NCBI GenBank assembly: GCA_964540755.1
Contig: CAZIOB010000104.1
Coordinates: 5,576-69,575 of the forward strand
Reading direction: 5' to 3'
Length of the DNA: 64,000 nucleotides
From: an uncultured Prolixibacteraceae bacterium
Lineage (GTDB): Bacteria; Bacteroidota; Bacteroidia; Bacteroidales; Prolixibacteraceae
Below are positions 8,948 to 17,213 of this stretch, one piece after another. The position numbers were made by a program, and so were the translations under genes. The notes under the pieces are model-generated. The model was not told the DNA's origin. It saw nothing but the letters and a program-made list of their open reading frames with translations, and did no database searches. Numbering within the stretch: the stretch's first letter is position 1; every line of letters starts with the position of its first letter.

Positions 8948-10996
8948 ATGAAGAAGATATTACTGATATTGTCCATTTTGTTGACCGTGAATTTTTCGGC
9001 GGAGGCACAATTAAATATTAATCATTATATCAGGGTAGGGCGTACAAGGATTTCCATCGGTAATTTTACCGGCGCTATTGAATATTTCAATATTGTAATC
9101 AAATTCAGGCCTCATTTGCCTGAAGCATATTTTTTCAGGGGAGTGGCAAAGCATGAACTGGAGGATTTCCGTGGTGCAATAAATGATTATAATAAGGCGA
9201 TTGAGATAAAACCTTTTTATCCCCAGGCTTATCTGAACAGGGGAATGGCCTATCATAATCTCGGACTTTTTGAAAAAGCTATTGAAGATTATGACAGGGC
9301 GCTTGAGTTTGATCCTGATAATGAATCGATTTATAATAACCGTGGTATTGCTAAATTGTCGCTGGAGGACATTGAAGGCGCTATAGCCGATTATAATAAG
9401 GCGCTGAAAATAAATCCCAAATCCACCCATGCCCTTATGAACCGCAGTAATGCCAGGATCGTCCAGGGCAATGTTGAAGAAGCGATTCGTGATCTGAACC
9501 AGGTTATAATAATACGGCCTCATTTTGCCGGTGCTTATCTGAACAGGGGACTTGCACGGTTTGAAATGGAAGACTATGCATCGGCGTTGCGTGATTATGA
9601 CCAGTGTATTAAATTTGATCCGCAAAATGCCCTTGCGTTTAATAACCGTGGAATTGTAAAGCACAAGCTGGAAGACTATGCCGGTGCTATAATGGATTAT
9701 GACATGGCAATTAAACTGAATCCTGAAATGGCAAGCGCTTATTTTAACCGGGCTATGGCCAGAGAAATACTCGACAGGGAAGGTTATGAACAGGATTACC
9801 GTATCGCTGCCCGTCTTAATCCCAGGTTTGATCTTGAGAGCCGTCGTCTTGATGCCCGTCAGCTTGCTCAAAACCAGCAAAGCGGCCAGGGTGGCGGATC
9901 TTCTGCAGGACAGGGACAGCAGGGAGGAGGAGCTTCCGGGAGCCGGCAGGGCAAACAGGGCCAGGGTGCCGGAGGCAGCCAGTCAGGCAGTGGAAAAGCC
10001 GGCCAGTCTAAGCAGGGAACCGCCTCTTCGGCAGGTCAGTCACATCAGGGAACAGGGAATGCCGGCGGACAAAGTACTTCTAATAAGGACAATTCACAAC
10101 AAAATGGTAATAAGGATGAAGAAGATAGCGGGCAGAAAAGAAGAAGCCGGATAAATCTTGTTGTTGAGGATACGCGTGACCTGCCGGCGGAAGATGAGGA
10201 GGTTGATGACGGAAGGGTTCAAAACAGAAATATCGAAATCGACCTTCAGCCAATTTTTATTGTTTCGGCATTTGAAAAAAATTCAGTTGATTATGAAAGG
10301 TTCCAATATTATAATATGACTGTTGAGGAGATCAATATAAAGAATAACTATAATCCGCTTCTTACCATTACCAACAAGCCTGTTGATGAGTATCAGGAGG
10401 TATTTGAAAATTTTATCCTTTATTTTAATGCCCGTCTTGATATAAACAAAAGCAGTCATAATTATCTTAACAGGGGTATTTTTAAAAGTCTTACGGGTAA
10501 TTATAATTCAGCAATGGAGGATCTGGACAGTGCAATTGTCATGGATAATAAACAGGCAATTGCTTATTTTACAAGGGGAAATTGCCGTTATAAGATGCTT
10601 GAGCAGATTGAATCCCTTGAAGAGACACATGAAGAGGTGGTAATCCCGATTGACGAACCATCCAGGAATGAACCGGGAGATGAGCCGGTTGCTACTCCTG
10701 AGTATGACAGAATACTAAGTGATTACCAGACACTTCTTTATCTAAAACCTGATTTTTTCTTCGGACTTTATAACCGGGCTTACATTAAGTTAAGGCTGGG
10801 AAAATATAAAAGCGCCGTTGAGGATTTGAATAAAGCTATTGAGCTTGAACCTGAATTTGCTGAGGCATATTTTAACAGGGGACTTACAAAAATTTATCTA
10901 AATGACATTGAGAGCGGGGCTTTGGATCTTAGCCGCGCCGGTGAGCTCGGAATACATGGTGCATATAATATTATTAAACGTTATTGCAACTTATAA
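8948..10996 (+). CDS. Secreted TPR-repeat protein with a central Gly/Gln/Ser-rich low-complexity linker
   Basis: I prefer the ATG start at 8948 (MKKILLILSILL...) over TTG at 8927. There are about 8 N-terminal and about 4 C-terminal TPR units (AYxNRGxA... pattern). A linker of about 95 aa (QSGQGGGSSAGQGQQGGG...) is encoded at about 9870-10150. Confidence 0.8.
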   Translation: MKKILLILSILLTVNFSAEAQLNINHYIRVGRTRISIGNFTGAIEYFNIVIKFRPHLPEAYFFRGVAKHELEDFRGAINDYNKAIEIKPFYPQAYLNRGMAYHNLGLFEKAIEDYDRALEFDPDNESIYNNRGIAKLSLEDIEGAIADYNKALKINPKSTHALMNRSNARIVQGNVEEAIRDLNQVIIIRPHFAGAYLNRGLARFEMEDYASALRDYDQCIKFDPQNALAFNNRGIVKHKLEDYAGAIMDYDMAIKLNPEMASAYFNRAMAREILDREGYEQDYRIAARLNPRFDLESRRLDARQLAQNQQSGQGGGSSAGQGQQGGGASGSRQGKQGQGAGGSQSGSGKAGQSKQGTASSAGQSHQGTGNAGGQSTSNKDNSQQNGNKDEEDSGQKRRSRINLVVEDTRDLPAEDEEVDDGRVQNRNIEIDLQPIFIVSAFEKNSVDYERFQYYNMTVEEINIKNNYNPLLTITNKPVDEYQEVFENFILYFNARLDINKSSHNYLNRGIFKSLTGNYNSAMEDLDSAIVMDNKQAIAYFTRGNCRYKMLEQIESLEETHEEVVIPIDEPSRNEPGDEPVATPEYDRILSDYQTLLYLKPDFFFGLYNRAYIKLRLGKYKSAVEDLNKAIELEPEFAEAYFNRGLTKIYLNDIESGALDLSRAGELGIHGAYNIIKRYCNL

Positions 10997-11038
10997 GATG
11001 TTCAATATTGGTTTAACCTGAAAATAAATTTTAATCAA

Positions 11039-12064
11039 ATGAAGAAGATATTTATTATTGTTATTTTAGTTACTGCTGCAATGATAAGCCGGACGCAGCC
11101 TAAAGTAGAACTGATCAGTAATCCTGCTGAAAAGAAAGTAGATGTCCTTATCGGAGGAGAATTATTCACCTCTTACATTTATCCTGATAATATAAAGAAG
11201 CCGGTACTGTGGCCTGTGATTACTTCAGAAGGTAATGAGGTAACCAGGCAGTATCCTTTAAAACAAAAAGCAGGGGAACGCGTTGACCATCCTCATCATA
11301 TTGGAATATGGCTTAATTATGGGAATGTTAACGGGTTGGATTTCTGGAATAATTCAGAAGCTATTCCTGATGAGAAAGCAGATGATTATGGTACAATCTA
11401 CCATGAATCTGTTGAACATACAGAAAGTGGCAGAGGAGAGGGTACTTTAACAACAACTGCTTCATGGAAAGACAACTCCGGGGAAAAATTACTTCATGAG
11501 ATTTCCGATTATACATTTATAGCGGATGGCAGGATAAGGATTATCGACCGCACTACCAGACTGAAAGCTGTTAACGGAAAGGTTAACATGACTGACAATA
11601 AAGAGGGAATGTATGCCATACGTGTGACAAGGGAACTTGAATTACCTGCTTCAGGCAAGGTGAAGGTAATGGGCTCCGGTGGTGAAGTTGTGGAGGAGGA
11701 TGCCTCCAAAGTTGCTAATGGAGACTATATCAGCAGCGAGGGCATAACCGGCGGTGAAGTGTGGGGAACACGTGCCCGTTGGATGAAACTGTCAGGTTTA
11801 GTTAATAATGAAAAGGTTGCCATTGTTATCTTTGACCATCCGGCAAATGCTGGATATCCTGCGTACTGGCATGCAAGAGGGTATGGTTTGTTTGCTGTAA
11901 ATACACTCGGCCAGGAAGTGTTTTCTAAAGGTGAAGAAAAAATGAATTTTGTTATCAGGGACGGGGAGTCGGCGACTTTCAGGTACCGCCTGGCCCTATT
12001 TGCCGGTGATCCTTCTGTTGAAGAAATAGAAAAGATGGCTAAAGAGTTTCAGATTAAACTTTAA
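11039..12064 (+). CDS. PmoA-like / DUF6807 family secreted protein
   Basis: Signal peptide. The motif ERVDHPHHIGIWLNYGNVNGLDFWNN matches, from memory, the family misnamed methane oxygenase PmoA (PF14100). Confidence 0.6.
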   Translation: MKKIFIIVILVTAAMISRTQPKVELISNPAEKKVDVLIGGELFTSYIYPDNIKKPVLWPVITSEGNEVTRQYPLKQKAGERVDHPHHIGIWLNYGNVNGLDFWNNSEAIPDEKADDYGTIYHESVEHTESGRGEGTLTTTASWKDNSGEKLLHEISDYTFIADGRIRIIDRTTRLKAVNGKVNMTDNKEGMYAIRVTRELELPASGKVKVMGSGGEVVEEDASKVANGDYISSEGITGGEVWGTRARWMKLSGLVNNEKVAIVIFDHPANAGYPAYWHARGYGLFAVNTLGQEVFSKGEEKMNFVIRDGESATFRYRLALFAGDPSVEEIEKMAKEFQIKL

Positions 12065-13297
12065 ATGGCTTTAAATTATATCTGGATATTTTTTTTCCTT
12101 CTGGCTTTTGTCATAGGGCTTGTGAAACTTCTGTTTCTGGGTGATGCCAATGTTTTCCCTGAAATGGTGAATGCCACTTTTGACATGGCCAAAACAGGAT
12201 TTGAAATATCACTCGGTCTGACCGGGGTATTAACCTTGTGGATGGGTATTATGCGGATAGGGGAGAAGGGAGGTATTGTCAAAGTATTCTCACGTCTTAT
12301 AGGGCCATTCTTTAATAAGCTTTTCCCTGAACTGGGGAAGTCTCACCCGGCATATGGTTCAATAATGATGAATATTACTGCTAATATGTTGAACTTGGAT
12401 AATGCCGCAACGCCGACAGGATTACAGGCTATGAAAGAGATGCAGGCAACTAATCCTGATAAACAAGTTGCTTCAAATGCTCAAATCATGTTTCTTGTGC
12501 TGAATACTTCCGGATTAACCTTGTTGCCTATCAGTATTATGGTTTACAGGGCCCAGATGGGAGCAGTCAACCCTGCCGATATATTTATTCCCATCATGCT
12601 GGCTACCTATTTTTCAACTTTAGCCGGTATGATCTCAGTTGCTGTTTACCAGAAGATTAATCTTTTTGATAAAACAGTACTTCTCTATCTGGGGGGATTA
12701 ACACTGGCTATTGTAGGCATTATTTGGCATTTTTCATCACTTGATAAAGAAGTTATTACCAGGGTCTCCAGTTTAGCAAGCAATTTTCTGCTTTTCTCTG
12801 TCATTATTGTTTTCATTTTAATGGCATTATTTAATAAGGTCAATGTTTACGAAGCATTTATTGACGGGGCAAAGGATGGTTTTAAAACTGCGGTGAAGAT
12901 CATTCCCTATCTGGTTGCCATTCTTGTTGCCATTGGTGTTTTCAGGGCTTCAGGGGCTATGGAATGGTTCATTTCCGGATTTACATGGATTTTTGAGCAG
13001 GCCGGGGTTAACACGGATTTCACTCCTGCATTGCCCACAGCCATGATGAAGCCGCTTAGCGGAAGCGGAGCACGGGGGATGATGGTTGATGCCATGAATA
13101 CTTATGGCGCTGATTCATTCGTAGGCCGCGTAGCCAGTACTGTTCAGGGAGCTACTGATACTACATTTTATATCCTTGCAGTCTATTTTGGATCTGTCGG
13201 GATCAAGAATACCCGTTATGCTGTTGTTTGCGGATTAATTGCCGACTTTACTGGGATAACTGCAGCCATACTCATGGCATATCTTTTCTTTCATTAA
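12065..13297 (+). CDS. Nucleoside-recognition (Gate) domain membrane protein, fused SpmA/SpmB-like
   Basis: 410 aa, polytopic. The N-terminal MALNYIWIFFFLLAF...GF and the duplicated Gate-like halves fit this family. Its ATG directly follows the upstream stop (12062-12064), suggesting translational coupling. Confidence 0.7.
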   Translation: MALNYIWIFFFLLAFVIGLVKLLFLGDANVFPEMVNATFDMAKTGFEISLGLTGVLTLWMGIMRIGEKGGIVKVFSRLIGPFFNKLFPELGKSHPAYGSIMMNITANMLNLDNAATPTGLQAMKEMQATNPDKQVASNAQIMFLVLNTSGLTLLPISIMVYRAQMGAVNPADIFIPIMLATYFSTLAGMISVAVYQKINLFDKTVLLYLGGLTLAIVGIIWHFSSLDKEVITRVSSLASNFLLFSVIIVFILMALFNKVNVYEAFIDGAKDGFKTAVKIIPYLVAILVAIGVFRASGAMEWFISGFTWIFEQAGVNTDFTPALPTAMMKPLSGSGARGMMVDAMNTYGADSFVGRVASTVQGATDTTFYILAVYFGSVGIKNTRYAVVCGLIADFTGITAAILMAYLFFH

Positions 13298-13364
13298 GAT
13301 TCTATGGTAAATTTTCCACTGATTATACCATCATGCAGATAAGGCGTTCTGCACATATTACTAT

Positions 13365-14183
13365 TTAAAAGCTGTTTATTGCGTATCTTATTTTTAAGAG
13401 TTTTTCTAAAAGTCCTTCAAGTAAATCCAATTTAAGCATATTGGAAGCGTCGGATTTAGCATTTGCCGGATCAGGATGTGTTTCAAGGAAAATACCGTCA
13501 GCGCCGGCGGCAATACCTGCCCTCCCAATAGTTTCGATCATTTCCGGCCTGCCGCCGCTGACTCCTGCCGGCTGGTTCGGCTGCTGGAGAGAGTGTGTTA
13601 TGTCAAGCACAACGGGTACTCCCAGTCCCTGCATTTCCGGGATACTCCTGAAATCCACCACTAAATCCTGGTAACCGAATGTAGTGCCCCGCTCAGTCAG
13701 TATAATTTTTTTATTACCGCTGTTTTTTACCTTATTTACAGCATACTTCATTGCCCCGGGTGACAGGAACTGGCCTTTTTTAATATTTACGAATTTACCC
13801 GTATGAGCTGCTGCAACCAGGATATCAGTCTGGCGGCACAAAAAGGCCGGTATCTGAATAATGTCAACATATTCAGCAGCCATTGCAGCTTCTTTCGCAG
13901 AATGTATATCAGTAATAGTGGGAATGCCGTAAACTTCCTTTACTTTACGTAAAACCTGAAGTGCTTTTTTATCTCCTATTCCGGTAAATGAATCCAATCG
14001 TGACCGGTTTGCTTTCCGGTATGATCCTTTGAATATAAAAGGTATATTTAAACGGTGGCATAATCCGGCAATATTACCGGCAATCTCTATTGCCATCTGT
14101 TCTCCCTCTATTACACAAGGGCCTGCTATCAGAAAAAAATTATCACTCTCCGTGAAACGGAGTTTTTCAATACGGGGTATCAT
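13365..14183 (-). CDS. kdsA: 3-deoxy-8-phosphooctulonate (KDO-8-P) synthase
   Basis: FFLIAGPCVIE, FKGSYRKANRSR, DITHS..QQP and GIFLETHPDP motifs are characteristic of KdsA. Confidence 0.92.
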   Translation of the reverse strand: MIPRIEKLRFTESDNFFLIAGPCVIEGEQMAIEIAGNIAGLCHRLNIPFIFKGSYRKANRSRLDSFTGIGDKKALQVLRKVKEVYGIPTITDIHSAKEAAMAAEYVDIIQIPAFLCRQTDILVAAAHTGKFVNIKKGQFLSPGAMKYAVNKVKNSGNKKIILTERGTTFGYQDLVVDFRSIPEMQGLGVPVVLDITHSLQQPNQPAGVSGGRPEMIETIGRAGIAAGADGIFLETHPDPANAKSDASNMLKLDLLEGLLEKLLKIRYAINSF

Positions 14184-14222
14184 ATCATATGAAAAAATTT
14201 CTGTTATAAGTTACCTCATTTT

Positions 14223-15527
14223 TCAGAAATTGGTATAGTCCCAATTACCCCGGTAAGCACGTCCTGTCAACAGGTTAGCAAAGTCATCTCCTTTGAATTT
14301 TTCCTGCTCCGGATCCCACAGCAAAGGACGTTGCAGTTCGTAGGCGATATTAGTTACATTACATACTGAAGCTGTCCTGTGTCCGGTTTCAACATCAGAT
14401 ATTGGCTTAGTGCGGTTTCTGACGGCATCGATCCAGTCCTGGTAATGATTGTCACTATAGTAAACTCTTTTATCATCCTTTTTTAATTCCGCTTTGGCAA
14501 GATTTACATCAGGGAAGGTTCTCAGAAAGCTTCGGCTTACTTCAATTCTTCCTTCAGTGCCAATGATCTGGACAGCATTGAAATCGTCTTCAGTCCCCCA
14601 TTGTTTGTGATTAACCCTGACACCGTTCCCGTATATCATTGTCAGGCCGCTATCCTTTTCCGGTTCTGCAGGTGGAAGGAACTGTACAGGACCTGATTCA
14701 TCCATATTCAGAGCCCATTGGGCAATATCGAACATATGAGCTCCCCAGTCAGTGATGAGGCCTCCGCCAAAGTTACGATATCCGCGCCACCAAGCCCATG
14801 GTCCTTTTACATCAGTTGGAGCCAGAGTTTCATGGTATCCACGGTAGAGAGAAGGCCCGATCCATTCGTTCCAGTCGAGCCCTTTAGGAGTCTCCTGTGT
14901 TGGCAGGTCACACTGTTTAACAGGCTCACCCACGCTTACATTAATTTCCCTGATTTCACCGATATATCCGTTACGCACCAATTCAACAGCATGACGGAAA
15001 TCTCGCCACGAACGCTGCATATTGCCGGTTTGGAATACCCTGTCGTATTTTCTTGTAGCATTGACCATTGTCCTGCCTTCAGCCACTGTTAGTGCAAGCG
15101 GCTTTTCACAATAGATATCTTTCCCTGCTTTAGCGGCATCCACAACTATCTGCGCATGCCAATGGTCAGGTGTGGCAATAACAACTGCATCTATATCCTT
15201 CCTCTCCAGCAATTCACGGTAGAAATGGTATTTATCCACTTTCGTGTTTATACCTTTGGCTGCATTGTTTTTATCAGCAGCATCTGCAAACAGGTCAAGT
15301 TTATTTTTATATACATCGCATGCGGCAAGGGTAACTGTCCCCTGGCATTTTCCAATATTATTCAGCAGAGTGTAAATCTGTTTACCGGTGCCGATGAAAC
15401 CAAGATTAATACGGTCGTTGGCAGCCACAAAGCCCTTGCTACCCATTACGTGGCGCGGGATGATAGTTATGGCAGCAGCACCGGCAGCTGCTTTACCGAT
15501 GAAATTCCTACGGTTAATTTTATTCAT
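14223..15527 (-). CDS. Gfo/Idh/MocA-family oxidoreductase with a twin-arginine (TAT) signal
   Basis: N-terminus MNKINRRNFIGKAAAGAAAITIIP. Rossmann motif LGFIGTGKQ. EKP motif in CEKPLA. Confidence 0.85.
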   Translation of the reverse strand: MNKINRRNFIGKAAAGAAAITIIPRHVMGSKGFVAANDRINLGFIGTGKQIYTLLNNIGKCQGTVTLAACDVYKNKLDLFADAADKNNAAKGINTKVDKYHFYRELLERKDIDAVVIATPDHWHAQIVVDAAKAGKDIYCEKPLALTVAEGRTMVNATRKYDRVFQTGNMQRSWRDFRHAVELVRNGYIGEIREINVSVGEPVKQCDLPTQETPKGLDWNEWIGPSLYRGYHETLAPTDVKGPWAWWRGYRNFGGGLITDWGAHMFDIAQWALNMDESGPVQFLPPAEPEKDSGLTMIYGNGVRVNHKQWGTEDDFNAVQIIGTEGRIEVSRSFLRTFPDVNLAKAELKKDDKRVYYSDNHYQDWIDAVRNRTKPISDVETGHRTASVCNVTNIAYELQRPLLWDPEQEKFKGDDFANLLTGRAYRGNWDYTNF

Positions 15528-15564
15528 ATTCTTGAATTTAAATTATAAAAAATATTATATATAT

Positions 15565-16530
15565 CTATTCAGCATCTTTTGCACAACGAAAACCTGTATT
15601 GAACAGTGACGTTTCATGCGAATTCATTGACCTTCCTGTCACGGTAAAGCTATACTCTCCATTCTGGTCGAAAAAGAAGGAACCACTCCTGATTACCTTA
15701 ACTTTGGGATCTTCCGGGAATTGCATATTGCTGCCGGGATAAGGTTTATAATTATCGGCACACCATTGCCATACATTGCCCCCCATGTCTGTGAGCCCCG
15801 CTTCATTTTCCCCAAAAGCTCCTGCAGGGGATGTATAAAGGTACCCGTCCTTCACTTCCGGCTCATTTATTGAGCCCTGCCATGTATTGGCAAAGTATTT
15901 TCCATTTTCAGATACTTTATCTCCCCAGCTGAATCTGTTGTCTGATTTTTTCCCGCTGCAGGCAGCATATTCCCATTCTGCTTCTGAGGGAAGACGCTTG
16001 CCTGCCCATTCTGCATAAGCAACGGCGTCATTCCAGCTTACATGGGTAACGGGATGATCAGGCTCAGCATCAGGCCCCGACGGGCCGAAAGGTTTACGCC
16101 ATGTTGCACCGGGCAGAAGTTCCCATCTGTTTTGATCAAGATTGAAAACCCCTGAATCTCCGAATTTTTCTGCTTCGGTTTTGTATCCTGCTGATTCAAT
16201 GAATATTTTGAATTGTTTAACTGTTACAAGATTTTTGTCTATAGAAAAAGGTTTTATGTTCACTTTATGAACGGGTTGTTCATTTGGAAGTCCCTTTTCA
16301 GATCCCATTTCAAATGTTCCGCCTTTAAAGTAGATCATTTCGGTTTCTTCAATTGCTTTTTCGGCTGAAGGACTTACATTTTCCGGTTTATCAGGCTCCT
16401 TTTTAACTTCTTTTTTTTCTGTTAGTATTTGTTCCGTGGGCTTTTCATTTTCTGACTTTGTCTGCTTTTTACCACCGCAACCTGTCAGAAAAAAAATAAG
16501 AGTGTACAAAATCAAGATCCTAATTTCCAT
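15565..16530 (-). CDS. Formylglycine-generating-enzyme (SUMF1/FGE-sulfatase) family lipoprotein
   Basis: Lipobox LTGCGG and a Lys/Glu-rich linker. FGE-fold motifs: HPVTHVSWNDAVAYAEWAGKRLPSEAEWEYAA, GNVWQWCAD, RSGSF and FRCA. Confidence 0.8.
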   Translation of the reverse strand: MEIRILILYTLIFFLTGCGGKKQTKSENEKPTEQILTEKKEVKKEPDKPENVSPSAEKAIEETEMIYFKGGTFEMGSEKGLPNEQPVHKVNIKPFSIDKNLVTVKQFKIFIESAGYKTEAEKFGDSGVFNLDQNRWELLPGATWRKPFGPSGPDAEPDHPVTHVSWNDAVAYAEWAGKRLPSEAEWEYAACSGKKSDNRFSWGDKVSENGKYFANTWQGSINEPEVKDGYLYTSPAGAFGENEAGLTDMGGNVWQWCADNYKPYPGSNMQFPEDPKVKVIRSGSFFFDQNGEYSFTVTGRSMNSHETSLFNTGFRCAKDAE

Positions 16531-16640
16531 AATAAGTGTTAAAATTATTTATTTATAATGATATCATATGGAACTCGCATAAGTATTAAATCATATTTCC
16601 GGACAATTTTACAACCATGCTCATTTCATTTGAAAATGCT
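16531..16640 (-). repeat. Upstream module copy A (degenerate), abutting the start codon of the FGE-like gene
   Basis: In gene orientation it reads ...atgaaatgagcatggttgtaaaat...tatgatttaatacttATGCGAGTTCCATATGATAtcatt...aattttaacacttatt-ATG. It shares a 19-nt identical core and flanking blocks with copies B and C. Confidence 0.7.
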
Positions 16641-16930
16641 GTTATACTCATTCAGCCATGCTTTTTACATTAAATGCATATAGCATATATGAGATTTTTA
16701 AGCACTGTAAAAATGCGGTTTTTTATTATTTATTCAAAATTAAAATTGGTAATAATCATATAAATTATAAAGGATAAGAGACGGTATATCTGCATTTTTT
16801 CGTATTTTTATTAAAAAAGATTATTTTCATTATCGTAGTTTTGCAGTTTCCCGAAATTTTCGCACATGGTTAATTTATACATTTTGATCGCATACTTTAA
16901 TCAAATTTTGCTTAAGACTTTATACTTCAA

Positions 16931-17043
16931 TATAATAAATTTAAAGAGATGAAATGAGCATCTAAAATATTTACACCCAAGAGTATGATTAAAACTCATG
17001 CGAGTTCCATACTATACCTTTGAATATTAACAATTTTAATAGT
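16931..17043 (+). repeat. Upstream module copy B, abutting ATG 17044
   Basis: From 16974 to ATG 17044-17046, 65 of 73 nt are identical to the reverse complement of 31746-31818, and the first 38 nt are identical. Further upstream, atgaaatgagcat is similar to atgaaacgaggat in copy C. Confidence 0.85.
17015..17022 (+). promoter_or_regulatory. Candidate -7 box TAccTTTG inside module copy B
   Basis: It matches TAnnTTTG. Its last base is 22 nt before ATG 17044. The same box sits at the same distance in copy C (31770-31777, minus strand) and again at 31862-31869. Confidence 0.45.
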
Positions 17044-17184
17044 ATGAAATTTAATTCATTAAATAAAATTATAACCTTTTGTCTGATACTATTTTTTGTG
17101 ACAGAAGGCTGTAAGTCAAAACAACCTATGGATAGTGGACTCGTTGATTGTCTCTTGGAAAAGATCAGGGAAAAGGAGATATGA
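17044..17184 (+). CDS. Unannotated small ORF (46 aa), putative lipoprotein
   Basis: MKFNSLNKIITFCLILFFVTEGCKSKQPMDSGLVDCLLEKIREKEI*. It has a charged N-terminus, a hydrophobic core and a Cys at position 23. It is below the ORF-track size cut-off. It is preceded by module copy B and lies 29 nt upstream of the lipid kinase gene. Confidence 0.35.
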   Translation: MKFNSLNKIITFCLILFFVTEGCKSKQPMDSGLVDCLLEKIREKEI

Positions 17185-17213
17185 TACCGGTAAATTAATT
17201 TGGGTTAGGCAAA

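Noticed and set aside
9011-9880. 289-aa antisense ORF covering the TPR gene
   Set aside because: It lies entirely opposite a well-supported TPR CDS. Its sequence is repetitive, Ile/Phe/Asn-rich mirror-frame text with no motifs. Long antisense ORFs are expected opposite repeat-rich, stop-poor frames. The same reasoning applies to the other nested track ORFs (for example 4775-5152, 6935-7294, 14718-15092, 15156-15548, 24655-25020, 42775-43152, 56063-56407 and 58971-59363).
16570-16600. GGAAC-N15-TCATA as an ECF-sigma-type promoter reading outward from the repeat copies
   Set aside because: In that orientation copies A and B would fire convergently into the same 417-bp spacer, and copy C would fire away from its adjacent gene. 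The match to ECF consensus is only the GGAAC pentamer.
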